Part shown: positions 33,301 to 46,460 of the stretch, piece by piece | Numbering within the stretch: the stretch's first letter is position 1 | How the letters are laid out: each line of letters opens with the position of its first letter | NCBI GenBank assembly: GCA_030390025.1 | Contig: CM059446.1 | Coordinates: 38,316,001 to 38,380,000 of the forward strand | DNA from: Squalus acanthias | Lineage: Eukaryota | Length of the DNA: 64,000 bases | Direction: 5' to 3' | Program-made: the position numbers and the translations under genes | Notes under the pieces: generated by a model | The model's input: only the letters and a program-made list of their open reading frames with translations | The model's database searches: none | Told to the model about the DNA's origin: nothing

Positions 33301-36300
33301 AAGTACTGTATGGTCAATAATCCAAGCATGCATTAATGTCTACCTCACTTCTGAGTCTAATGAACAGCACAATATCTTGGAGCTGGGGATGCATTACACA
33401 TGAAGGTTTTTGTATGAATGATAGCAAGAGTAGCCATTCATAGAATGTGCCAGGTCTTGCTGCTTATAAACCCAACTCCTCCTCCCTCGCACCCCTCCCG
33501 CACTGAAGATGCTTGAGAACTTACAAGCACCAAAAGTCAGAGAAACCATTATTAAGTACTAGTGCACCTCCTTTGAAGGTAGCTGTGATTTATTTTGCAT
33601 TAAAACATCAAAACAAAGTAAAGTATGAACTTTTGAACTCTATCTGAGATAACTTTGATAATAAAAGCAATGTCATTAACTATATGCAATGGTTTGTTAT
33701 TGCTGCAGCTGCAGCACATCACCTGCACTGACTTAACTATTTAAATAACGTTAGTATATCAGGGCAACAGGTTTATCTGACTGCAGTGTGTGAGGAAAAT
33801 ACTATTCATTTAGGTACTCATTTTTATCCCTGATTAGTATGTTAAATAAACTATCAGACTTATGTAGGATTAATTGCAATATACTCAATAGGCTAAATTT
33901 TTGTTGATTTGCCAAATAGTTATTTACTTCGAACTGAATGTTTAATAAGTACGCTGAGAAATGTGTGCAATAGAATCCTCTCATAAATAATATCAGCAAA
34001 GCAGACATTCCTTTGAAAGTAAGTTTGAAAGTGGTCTGCCACAGTCAAAACCAAAGGTTAATGACATTTATAGAAAACCCAGCAGATTCCAGCTCAGTTT
34101 CTGTCTCTGTCTCTTCGCTTATGTTATCCTTCTCCACATTTCCTGGGGCTCATTTGGTGGTCTTGTTTACTGACAAATCTGGACTTATGATACATTTTTT
34201 TTGAGATATGTCTTCCTAAATCTTAAGTGAACTTTGCCTTTGAGGGAGGTTTTAATGTCTTCCTTTGGCAATCAGTAGATAAGTAACTCAATGCTTGGGA
34301 TACTTTTAACCACTTAAATTAATCTGCAATGGCAGTTTCTGGTCTCTTGGCAGGGGGCCTTTCAAGACTAAGTTAAGTTTTGGAAGCTGCCCATCAGTTC
34401 TTATTAGAAATTATGTTCTCCGTAGCTGATGCTTGTGGAGCAGATGTAACTATTACAAGCAGACATGGGTGAACAAATGGTGAGGGCACATAACCACTTT
34501 ACTGGTTGAATCTCAAATTTCCTTTAAGCATCATGTAACAAATACATACCTTTTGCCTTTTGCGCTTTCCATTGTCATAAATAATATTCTGTCAACGACA
34601 CCTGTATTGCCAGTGATCGCCAACATTGCTGTGCTATTGTTCACAGGTGTCATCCGCAGTAACACTATACACAACATGAAAGGTAAACTATCCAACTACA
34701 TCTTTGGTTTAACTGGCCTATTCATAGGATGTGTGATTTACAGTTACGTGTTTGTATGTACGTACGTGTATGTATATATGTAAAAACTCAATTGTATTCA
34801 AAAAACAATTAAACTATTATGTTATTAAACCCTGCAGAATGATTTTACCTAAAGAAGATTTCTATATCCTTCATGCTATGTTTCTGTGCCGCTTTAACTG
34901 ACAGATAACCATGCCCATGCCCTTGCCCTCACATACCCCCGCTGACCTTGTTTGTTTTTAACAGTCTATGTTATCGACCAAATACAGTACCTTGATTCAT
35001 ATTGTGCAAATGTAAACACAAAGCCAGCCAGCAAATAGGGCCAGAACCTCATTAAAACCATTCCTACCTTTCTTAAGGTGGATAAAGTGCTGATTAGGTT
35101 TGTTGTTCCTTCTCTTTATCTCCTAATTATTATCAAAAATATTAATAGCGAATGTTATCATTGTATCTATCAACATTTTTGACCTATTTGTCTGTGTCAG
35201 ATCTATACCTGCCCCTTTGTTCACCTTGGTACGACTTTGCACCCTGTCTACACTGAGTCATACGTCAATATTATATATGCCTTGACGCCCTCTCTGAGCT
35301 TTGTGTACTTATGCTGATAGATACGTTTTCCCAGTGAACTGATGGACCTCCTGGAGCCTTTCAAACATTTTTTTGTCATTAAAAACATCGAAAGACAAAC
35401 ATCAGATCTGTGTGTGAATTGCTGTACCTAGATGGCTGTACACAGTGTTATCAGCCAAAGGACGTGTCACAGTGAGTACCGAGAATGCAAGAGGTGCATT
35501 GGCTTCTGATAACAGCTGACCTATCGGATAAGTTGGCGAGAGAGAAAAAACATCCATCAGTAAAATACAACACTTACTGATTATTATTGTCTAGAGTGCA
35601 TTGACTATTACTCATTGTATCAAGAAGTTTCCTGCGTCTTCCTTATTTTGCTTAGGGGTGGGGTTCAGAACAGCACCCACTTCGATCAAGTGACTCCAAT
35701 CGAAGTGAACTGAGGATCAATGGACACAGCTGATCTTATTTCGCTTTCAGCCGGGTTCTGGAAGTAACATGAGGTCGCACGGTGCTGTTAACGTGCCTTA
35801 CTTCTGTAGTTCATCCATCAGCCCTGCAGGAATGAATGTGACTCATAGAAAATGCATTTTGTCTCAGTAATCACTCGACTGAGGCAGCTCCATATATATA
35901 TATATATATTTAGAAAATGGGTCGTGATCATGTAACTTATCTGAGAGGAACATTTAAGTGACGTGGGAGTAAATTTGTTATCCTCTGATGTTTTGCCCCT
36001 TGACTTTTCGCAACCAAGGTTGGACAGAATCAGTTCCATACCGATTCAAGACTTAAGTTGCGTGGAATGGGCAACACAATTAATTGTAATCGCGGAAAGA
36101 GTGTTCAATTGTTTACCAATTGTTTACACCACAGTCCGCATTGTAGCAATTCATTCTGCCTTTCGCTCTTAAAAGTCTAACAGACTTTAGGCCACTATAA
36201 TTATCACCAGGGCAGAGTTTTAGAAGTAATCACATCCACAGTAGTTACACTTTGTATTAACCGGAAATCTGAATGGAATATAATTTAACTGTACTTAAGT

Positions 36301-39300
36301 CCTGTCATTAATATAAAACCATAAAATGGTATGTGGTGCTTAGCCCTGTCTTTACTCAATGAAGTCATGACATCAGTTTGATTTATGCTCCCATTCCAGA
36401 TCTAAATCAGCAATGACACTGGTTATATTGTTTTAACCTTAGGAGATTGTCTTATTTCTTTATTAATATTTAATTCATAGTCTATGCGTTTTACTGTTAC
36501 AGTTAAATATATGAATGAAATATTTTGCTACGAAATCAATAGATATACATTAAAATTCTATCCTTGTGATGAATATATTAATTACAGAAGGGTAAGAGTA
36601 TTTTGGCACGGATCAGTGCACATTACTTGCCTGGCCTCACAACGATTCTCTATCCAGTACCCCAAATGCATTAGCATTTTTATATGTTTGCTGTTAAAAA
36701 ATGTATTTTAATTATGCAATAATAAAGGAAGAAATCTAGAACTATACAAAAGGCGTGGAATAATAGCTTTACCCCACCATTGCAACCTTTTCATCAGACC
36801 GACCCCAGCCTTAATGGAGATGGAAAGGGCTATTGCATTATTCTATAGATGGATCGTCTTGGACACTGTGCTGGTGAGGCAACCTGTGAATGTTTTTGCT
36901 GCGTGAGTTCTCTGCTCTGACGGACTCAGGGCTGGCGATCGCGTGTTGCAGGTATAGGTAAACCCAATCAACGGTCCTGGATTATTCCCTCGAGCCTTCG
37001 TATGGGACGCGAGTTGTTGATGGGCTTTTGTGCCACATTTACATTTGAAATGTAGTTAATAATAGTTCAATCAGCGAGTCTATGAAACAGACAATCATAT
37101 CTGTATCCGTCTTTAAACTCGTGATTATGCGGAAATGCTCTATTTTGTTAGTCTCGATAAGAAGTGGCGCCCTGTAAAATATAATTACAGCAGCCTCAAT
37201 GCATTATGCAAACTAACTGCAAAAAGCAATTCGAGTGCACACTGTTGAGAAGGATTTCCATTTGGTCCCTTCTGCCCTATTGCCATCTAAGTAGTGCACA
37301 ATCTATTCGTTTGGTTTAACGAACACTGGTGAAGTCTTCAATTTTCCCGACACTGTTCGAAAAAGGAGCTTATCTGTGTGCATTTAACAATAAGACATCT
37401 TGGAGAGAAAGGGGCGCTGAGGGCGATAAATTAATATATTTCCCTATTCTAAAATAGATGGAAATCTGGCTCTGAATAAAACAGATTGTACCATTTTTGC
37501 AAGCATTTTTCTTGTGTGTAAAACAAATGCATTTTGTTGCGCTGCTCCATATATTGGTATTTGGGTTCGAAATTCTCGAATACTGCTGGGTTGATTTTGA
37601 ATTGGTAACATTGACCTTAAATTGACAGGTAGTTAGTTAAGAAAAATGTACCTAACGATTGTTCGCTTTCAAGTTATTGCTAGGTTCCATGCTGTTAGGA
37701 ACAACTTTAACCGTAGGAAGCTCCGGTTATTATGACCTAGGATTAGCTTCCAAAACCCCTTGCTGTGTTAAATTATGGGGCAAACTCTCATGGTGGAATC
37801 AATGGATGTGCATTCCTGGGGACGGCGGTAATGTGTCTGACTTCGGTAGTCACTGCCCCTGACCACAGTCACCCAGCGGGTTAAATACATATGATAGTGG
37901 AGGGGACAGGCAAACATATTTGGTTCCATGGTTAGTGTTTGGGAGTCTTCCGATGAGATCTACCTGTAAACGAGACCCTAAAGGACTCTCGAGGGGGGCC
38001 TGTTGAACATATATAATGGTGGGACCATGGGTGGGTCTTGTTTGGCCAGACACGGGGACATTTATCATGGCTGACCCGTGAACTTTATTTCCTGAACTAA
38101 ACTGTACTGAAGTACTTGGAATCATGTAATGAAGTGGGAAAGACAAGAGCACGGACCATCCTGCCCCAGGGCCGCCGCATGTTCAGTATGTATTACTGTC
38201 AGCTGTTACATGCGCGACTATCAGAAACCGAGTCATTTCAAATCCCATTAATATTTACAGCATCTATTGAATTTCCCATTAAAACCCTTACTGAACATAC
38301 GCAGTGGTTGCTTAAATATCCATCTTATTATACACGTTATGAAAATTGGTTGCTATTTGGAAATCTCGCCACCATTTCAGTTGCAATTTCAAGGTAATTT
38401 AACTGCTGGTCTCAGATAGTATTGTAAAACAAAGTGGGGCAATTCCTATTTTATTCTCCAGGTATTTTGCAATATTGGAAATATAATGGTTCCCCTTTTA
38501 CCCCTAGATAACTTCTACAGTACAATTTCCACTTGCTAGTTATCCAAATCTAGTACCTGATTTAACTTTTACAATCACCACGGAGCAGATTAGTATCCTT
38601 GCGGGATTTAGAGAGTTTCACGCGGTCAGAGATAAATAACTTCGTTTTTTTCCCCCAAACTCTAAGCACACGAAGCCCAAATATCTTTTACAAAGCCATG
38701 CAAACATTTTTGTTTAAAATCTATATGTAGGGGAACGTGCTGGAAATGTTGAAGTCATTTTCTTTGCAGGTTTCAATATACGATCGTTCGAAAATAACAT
38801 GCACAAACAAACTTGTGGGTCCTTCTAAAGTCGATTGATGTAAAATAGAATAAAAACAAAATCACCCCTTGCAAATTCTAAAACCAATAGCATTCCCTTT
38901 AATCAAAAATATGTCATAATGGTTATTATTACTAGAGCAGAAAGCGGTACCGCAGCCGCTGATAGCTGCAGGAACACTCAAGTTTTCAATTTTTTAAACA
39001 ATTAGATAGGATTCTTTGAACATTTATTCCGATTTATTAATGCACGTGCACTTTCCCGTGATGTCTTACTTTGGTCCTATGAAGTTGAGCGCGCTGAACA
39101 ACTTAGTTCTTAACGGGTTCAATCTAGAATAACAACAGAGCCTGCAGCGATGCAATCTTTAACGGTTTCATTTATTTTACAGTTTGTTCATTGTGCGAAA
39201 ACAAATTTATTGGGGGGGGGGTGGGGGGGCAGTCATTTATTTTCTTTGAAAGCGCGTCTATTGGGAGAAGGTAATGCGCGCTAAATTGGAAAAATGCGGT

Positions 39301-41552
39301 TTAAGGATATTAATTTGATTAACTTGATAAAATGTTCTCAACGAACATATTTATTGGACGTGACATTGAGTAAATCTTCAAGTAGTTTCATTCCCTTCAT
39401 TATTTCTTTTGACTATCTGGATACCATGGAAATGTAACTAAATACTAATGCAACACACTGACCACTCTTTACAAACCTTCCGAGATATATGGTTGCATAT
39501 ATCTTTTGTGCACTTAAAATGAAATTTTTAACTTTTAAAACAGAATGAAAACTCATTTTTTTCTAGTTCTTTGTGTATGTGTAGGAGCCTTTCCGCTACT
39601 TCTAACATGTATACAAAACATCAGTTTCAATATTTCATCTTTATGGAATCATATTACATTTTAATAAAATATTTGGGTCAATTATCTGACGGGTACAGAG
39701 CTGTTCTGATATTCTAGCCTATATATATATAAAAACAATTCTTGGCCTGTGTGTATAATTTGCAATTAAATTTAGATGTTGCTTTCTTCACAGTATTAAA
39801 CTATGTAGAACCTCTTTTTTTAAACAAATAATAATCAAAAAAATATGTATGCAGTCACTAACCGCCAGATTTTATAAAATAAATCAATTGTTACGGTACT
39901 GTTTCTTGAGAGAATGAAATGCTTAATGATACATGTTATTTATATGAATGAATGGACAAACAAAATCCGTTAATTTATTATTATTATTATTTAATCCCAG
40001 CACATCCTTAAATAGATGACATTTTTGAACTCCATTTGCTTGCAATTTCAAATGTAGCAATAGTCCATCTCTTAATGGTTTATAACCTCCTTAAATTGTA
40101 TATTTCTACTTCATTTGTGTTACTGAGGTTACTTTGATTTTTTTTTCTTTCCGTCTAGATAATTTCAGGAGCACATTGGAGTGATATGATCTAACCATTC
40201 CTCAGATTCCTTCCCCCTAGCCTTAGTGTGCATTGCTGGTAGATTGCTTAGCTACATTAATGTGCCTTAATAGTCCTTTTAGAGATGTAAAGAGAAGCAC
40301 TTTAGTATTTTGGACCAATCTTCTCTGAGGCTGAAGGGGGGAAAAATGACAGCTCCGAACGTTGGATTGATGGCATTTCGGATGGTGAGCTTTTTCTCTC
40401 TCTTCTTTCTCTCTCTCTCTCTCTCCACAGTGCTGAATGTGTCATGCTTTGTCACATCTTGTGTGTTTTTACTGAACATTTGAATAAAAGCCTCTGCCAG
40501 GTATTCCTGACATAGTGGGTGGAATTCGCTGCCATCCACAAAGAGTTTGCAGCTCTATTTGCATAAGGTCGGAGCAAAGCTTCTGATGGAAGTTCAGCGG
40601 CATCCCTGTCTCTTAGCAACAATATGCACTTTTGGTCCTTGCATTAAATTGACGGGTCCCTTTTTATTTCTTTCACATGGTGCTACACAATGAAATGTCA
40701 CCCTCAAACCTGTGTCTGTCACTAGTAGGTCAACTTTTTTCTTCCTTTAAGTCCAATTAGAAGATGAAGCTATTCACTGAGCCCCAAAATGGTTCGTTTT
40801 ATTTGTTAATTAATATTAATAACATTTCCAGTATTAATGGACGGAGCTGCATAAACATTTTAGAGATAAGGACCAAATTACCGGCACCTGCACAACAATG
40901 CATTTTGGAGACGGTAATAGGCTGCTCAGATTGGAGAGCAGTTTTGGGTCATATTCTCCACCCATTTAGTTGAGATAGGATTGAGCGCTGCACCGAGGAC
41001 TGAATGTGCTGAGAAAATTAGTGACAACCTCTGTATGTCGATGGGAATTTCTGACATAATACAGCTGCTGAGAACTGGTGTTAATGGAGGGTCAAATTAG
41101 GACAATAGTATCCATCACTTGCCTCATAGCTCCCCTGTCACCGCGGCCACTGTTGACTGCTCTATCACCCAGATTTTGGTTTATTCAATTACTCGGGATT
41201 TTCCCCTCTGTTGAGCGCCTAGTCGCTAATTTTGTCTTTTCGCATCAATAACACAGTTAAACTGTCTCTGCTTTTTTTTATTGTTATTAATATTACGGAA
41301 GAATTTATCTCACTCGCGTATTCGGGATAAATAAGAATAACGTTAAGCAGGTTCAGAATGCAGAGATCCTGATGACTGATGCACCTGTCCAACAAGTAGC
41401 TGATATTTTTTTTGCAGACAACAGTATTTAAATCAAACTGTTGGGTAACAAGTATTCCTAAAAGTGAATTTAAATAGAAATATTACAATACCCGTAAATA
41501 ATAGTTGACTACAGTTTGGGAAACTTATTTTGTGAATATACCTGTGTAGGTA

Positions 41553-41841
41553 NNNNNNNNNNNNNNNNNNNNNNNNNNNNNNNNNNNNNNNNNNNNNNNN
41601 NNNNNNNNNNNNNNNNNNNNNNNNNNNNNNNNNNNNNNNNNNNNNNNNNNNNNNNNNNNNNNNNNNNNNNNNNNNNNNNNNNNNNNNNNNNNNNNNNNNN
41701 NNNNNNNNNNNNNNNNNNNNNNNNNNNNNNNNNNNNNNNNNNNNNNNNNNNNNNNNNNNNNNNNNNNNNNNNNNNNNNNNNNNNNNNNNNNNNNNNNNNN
41801 NNNNNNNNNNNNNNNNNNNNNNNNNNNNNNNNNNNNNNNNN
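41553..41841. other. Assembly gap (289 N)
   Basis: Run of N. Confidence 1.
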
Positions 41842-44800
41842 TTAGCAATAACATTGTATTTATCTATATTATAGAGCAAACTTATCTTTAAATTATGCAG
41901 CTTCTGCCTATCTATGTTTTGGTAATACAAATTGTAACCAATGAGGTGGAATTCATTTTTTAAACATTTTAATCAGCACTTACACATTATTTTTTCATTC
42001 CAAGGAAAAAATCGCATTGTGATGACTGATATAAAGAACTAAAGCAATTTTGATTATTAATTTAGATGGTGACATGTGTTCCACTTATTTTATGCTTATT
42101 CTAGACATTCATTAGTTGCGGTTAGATAACATCATTTCGCAAAGTATACAATACTGATCATTTTAAAGATATTATAAGTAGACATGATATCGTTATAAAC
42201 AGAATAGTTTTTTTTAAATCAGTATCACTATATGTCATTAGTAAAGAAAGTTGCTAAATTATTTTTGTGTAATACTCAGAGTTGAAACCATATTACATGT
42301 CATAGCACCTGTTAGACGGTATAACTGCCCCCAGTGTTCTTGCACAGTTAACAGGGCCATTCCGGACTGAAAGCGTTAGTTGCCTGTTGCGCCGGTTTTA
42401 CTCAGCCATACCCCGCTCGCTGTCTGCTGTCCCTCGCATCCATTTGCGGCCTTTTTATCTATCATTCTATCTAATTTATCGACGTTTTTTTTTCTGTGAC
42501 AAATGACCCGTTTCTCATGCAGACCTTCGTTCGAGCCCTGGCACTTCGCTCTGCCTCTGAATTTTTCAACTCAATAGCCCGCAGCCCTTGTAATGTGTAT
42601 CAAGATAAATATACCGGAAATTTAGCTTCCTGAAAACAGCAGGGTTAAAAGTCAAATGGGCTCTGTTTAATAATTCACATGTCATATTTCTTCTATTTTG
42701 TCAAGTTTGCTAAAGAAGATGAAACGATTTGATGGCGATGCAGTGGAGTTGGTCAGATGGTCAGCACCTTACCCCTGTTTGGGTTCCATAATGGATTTTA
42801 CAGACACAACATGCTAATGTACTATTTAAAATAAATTCATATTTCTTTGATCTATGTATAGGGCCGAAAGATGGACATTCTCATTGATTCTCTGTGCTCT
42901 GGTATTTGAGATTTGCGTTAGCAGTTCCTATTCAAAGACGTTTTATATAACTATAAGCAAAGCCGTTAATGTTTCCGGATATATTTTTCATCACTATCAC
43001 ATAAGATAAATAGAAAGCATAACTCGTACTTTAGAACAGTGTAAAATGTTTCCAAAGACTTGAAGAGAGTGCGTGTTGTGTTTCCTCTTGTAATTGTTTT
43101 TTTTTAAGATATAATTTCTGATGCAAAGTCTTCTTTCTGACTTTAATAACTTAGTGAGTGTAGAACATGGATAACAATAGATTTCAGGCTGCAAATGCTC
43201 TCATTATCCCTCTGGATTTGTGTCGGAAACATCCATTTATTACATGCGACTTTCATTATTGGTCATTACAATAATCGGCGTGAGCTCAATTTCTCAGTAC
43301 TGCATTAGAGTATATTTCGAAATGACCTTCAAATGGTGTGAAAATGACTAGACTTTGTGCAGATTTGGGTAGAAGGCTCGGATCTATAATTCAACTTTTG
43401 TCCTCCAGAACTTCCTCTGAGGCTTCGTAGTGAACGTTACCTTTCGCCTCCATGCTAACAAGTCGCCGCAATAAATCTCGACCAGAATAAACGTCATCAA
43501 TCACCTTGAACTACTTCTATTTGTACGAGAAAGGGTTGTCTGCTAAACCGTGAATTAGACAACAAATTCTCCTTCGATTCTGTAATAAACCATGCCTGAT
43601 AAACCTTAAAAATCAAGGGAAATGTTTGAAATTGTTAGAATACAAAAATATGCACTGAATACGTGCAGTGGAGTGTGAGAGTCGGTGAGAGTGTAATCTG
43701 CAACATATAATTTTACAGTTAGACCATTGGAAAGGGGTTTAATATTCATCTCTCGCACTTTAAAAGACGAAGGTTATCGTCTCCCAGAAGGTAACCAAAA
43801 TAAAGCAATTCTAACCTGAAAGTTATCACAGGTCCACTTATTCGGAAAAATACAGTCATTTGTTTTCATGCTTGACTGCATTCCCGCACAGGTAATGCAG
43901 AAGGCGCGGCATTTCTTTATTACACAAAAACCTTATACAATCGACTGGTTTATGTTATATTTTATACTATCATTGAATGTTCAATTGAACACAAGAGAAT
44001 GGGATTAAAATAAAATAACAAGCATTGAAACCAGTCTTCTCTGCAAGTAAAGGAAAGCGGTGCAAAAAGCAGTCACGCGTTCTAACCATTTCTTGTACAC
44101 TTATATGACATTTTTATTGTCATCAGATCTAAATAAATATAAATTAATATATTTTCTAAAGCTGTGATTCGTGTAATAGTCTAACAGATAACGATTAACA
44201 ATGTTTGGGAATGCTGTGTGAGTAATTAATAGAAAGTACAAAGAAGTTCCGCCTTTTCTCAGCACCTGGCGAGAAACGTTCCACACGGGTAACAACTGAC
44301 CGAGTTAGTTCCTGAAAACAGGTTGTATTTTATTGGGGAAAGGAAGCAAACCTGGAGAGAAACAAAGTTTTCTGGAGAAAGAAAAATAACTGCCCTGGAT
44401 CATTGAACGAGGAATTCACCTAAAGTACTTCATTAGATACACGCACGTTTGTGTACTTCTAGAGCAAAGTTGTCCTATTGTAGTTTAAACACAAGGCTGC
44501 AGCTGAATTGAACTTTCGAGTTAACTCATATTTTTATTCTTGCAACTTGTTTTAATCGCTTAGCAGGAGCATCTACAGCACCTCTGACCCAAAGAGCTCA
44601 AAGTCTAATGGAAAAGGAGAGGACCAAACTTTGTGTTACCCAAAGGGTTTGTCACCTTCGTGTTGACTGAGCAAAACCCCTTTACTTTTGCTCGATTCAA
44701 GGCACAGGCACAGAGAGTGTTCGGTCTCCCAGATCATACATTAGAATGCAGAAAAGGGTCAGTGTGTTTAGCCAACCATTCCTGCGTTGTCCACCCTTCA

Positions 44801-46209
44801 GTCAAGCAGATTTTAGTTGCGTGTGTCTCTGCGGTTGCTCTTTTATTCCCCGCAGGGAATATTCATAAGAGTAAAGCCAGAAAGTTATTGTGACTGTATA
44901 TTATGGAGGGGTTACCTAACTGCAATGCCCGTTAAATGTGAGGCACTAATTTCATTTCTATTTTTTGTAATATTGCTTGTGATGAATCATCGCTCAGACA
45001 GCAGAAATATTTTTTAAAGCCCATGAGCCACTTTCTGTGGATTCCGTTCTACTGATTTGGTGACAGTTTAAGGAAAAGGGATAATATAAATCTCAAGGTG
45101 TTGTACTTAACAAGCCTCAGAAATTCCCCTTTGTTGTAAAGTTGTTTTTAACATCTGCAGGAGAGCAGTATTGCTTTAATCCCGATGATTGTGAATTCTT
45201 TGCAATTACTTCTCTTTTTCTACAGCACGGCCATGGGATTACACCTTTAAACACCCTTAGCAATTTTTGATTAATACAATTTACAGAAATGACAGAAGCC
45301 AGTCCGCAGTAAACCGTTTCTTTCTGAATTATTTAGGCGTGTGCATTTAAACATCCTATATAACTCATTCTACATGCTCTGAATAAACTTTGCAACTATA
45401 ATATTAAATAATAGGCAAGACATGATGTTGCACTACAAAAGCATATTTTTTTATTTAGGTATCAATGTTGCCACAGAAAGCCTGTTGGAGGATCGCACCG
45501 GTCGACATAAATAAAGTTATTTGATTACATTGAATTTGTAGCCTTTGAAGTATCTGTCTCTCCATCTTAGTAACACCTATAATGCAGCACATTACAATCT
45601 CATTGTACCAGTATTCCATTTGGAAAGGAAACATTTTATCATTTTGACGAATGTGTATAGGAGGAAAAAGGCATTAGACCAACTCAAGTATCCCACGGTC
45701 ATAAACTGCACATGGTAATATCCGTATTAATTTCAAGATTGATTAGAAGTGAACAGCTTGCCTAATATTGGGAGAGGGGATTGGGGGGCGCGGGGACGGG
45801 ACTAATGCATTGTATGTCCCTTCACCGCCACAAATATTTATATGTGATACTCACCTTCATCTAGTTCGTTTTAACTAGGGGTGGACACAATGAAACTGTG
45901 TTTTACTGACAAGGAGGGTGCTCTGATTCCCTTATCCCCTGGACTGTTCCATCGGATGGAGTGATTTATCGGAATAGCTGCAGGATCCACTTGTGAAGTT
46001 TACTAATGCGAAATATACCGGACAGGTACACTGAGTGACAGGAAGCCCTACCTTTGGGTACAAGCCTCAGCAGCGTGCAAGATCACATCAAATTTGTATT
46101 TTTTTATCAGCTGCCGTGGAGATATACAGTTGAGAGAGGCAGAAAGGGGCGAGAGTCCATCATTCCCCTTAAAACAGCATAATAAAGTACGGTATGCTTT
46201 AGGTCGGAG

Positions 46210-46460
46210 TAATGGTGGATAAGGGGAAGAGAAAGGTGGGATGGGGTGGAGGAGAGGGGATGGGATAGAAAGCGACCAGCTGATCCGGAAAAAAAATAGA
46301 GACAAGGAGGAAAAGAGGATTAAAGAGGAAGAAGGAGAAGTGGAATCTGGTGAAGGGGAAAAAAGATAAAGGAAATAGATGAAATGTGAAGAGAAGGGAG
46401 GAAGAGACTGACAGGGAAAGATGAACGACGTAGGGGGTGAGAGTAGAGCAGGAGAACTAA
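46210..46460. repeat. Purine-rich low-complexity tract
   Basis: GA-dominated sequence with no fixed unit. Confidence 0.7.

Noticed and set aside
35760-35806. miRNA hairpin or miR-124-related sequence (CGTGCCTTA)
   Set aside because: Only a seed-length match in a short imperfect stem, with no mature miRNA sequence.
41433-41930. ORFs spanning the N run
   Set aside because: Artefacts of the assembly gap.
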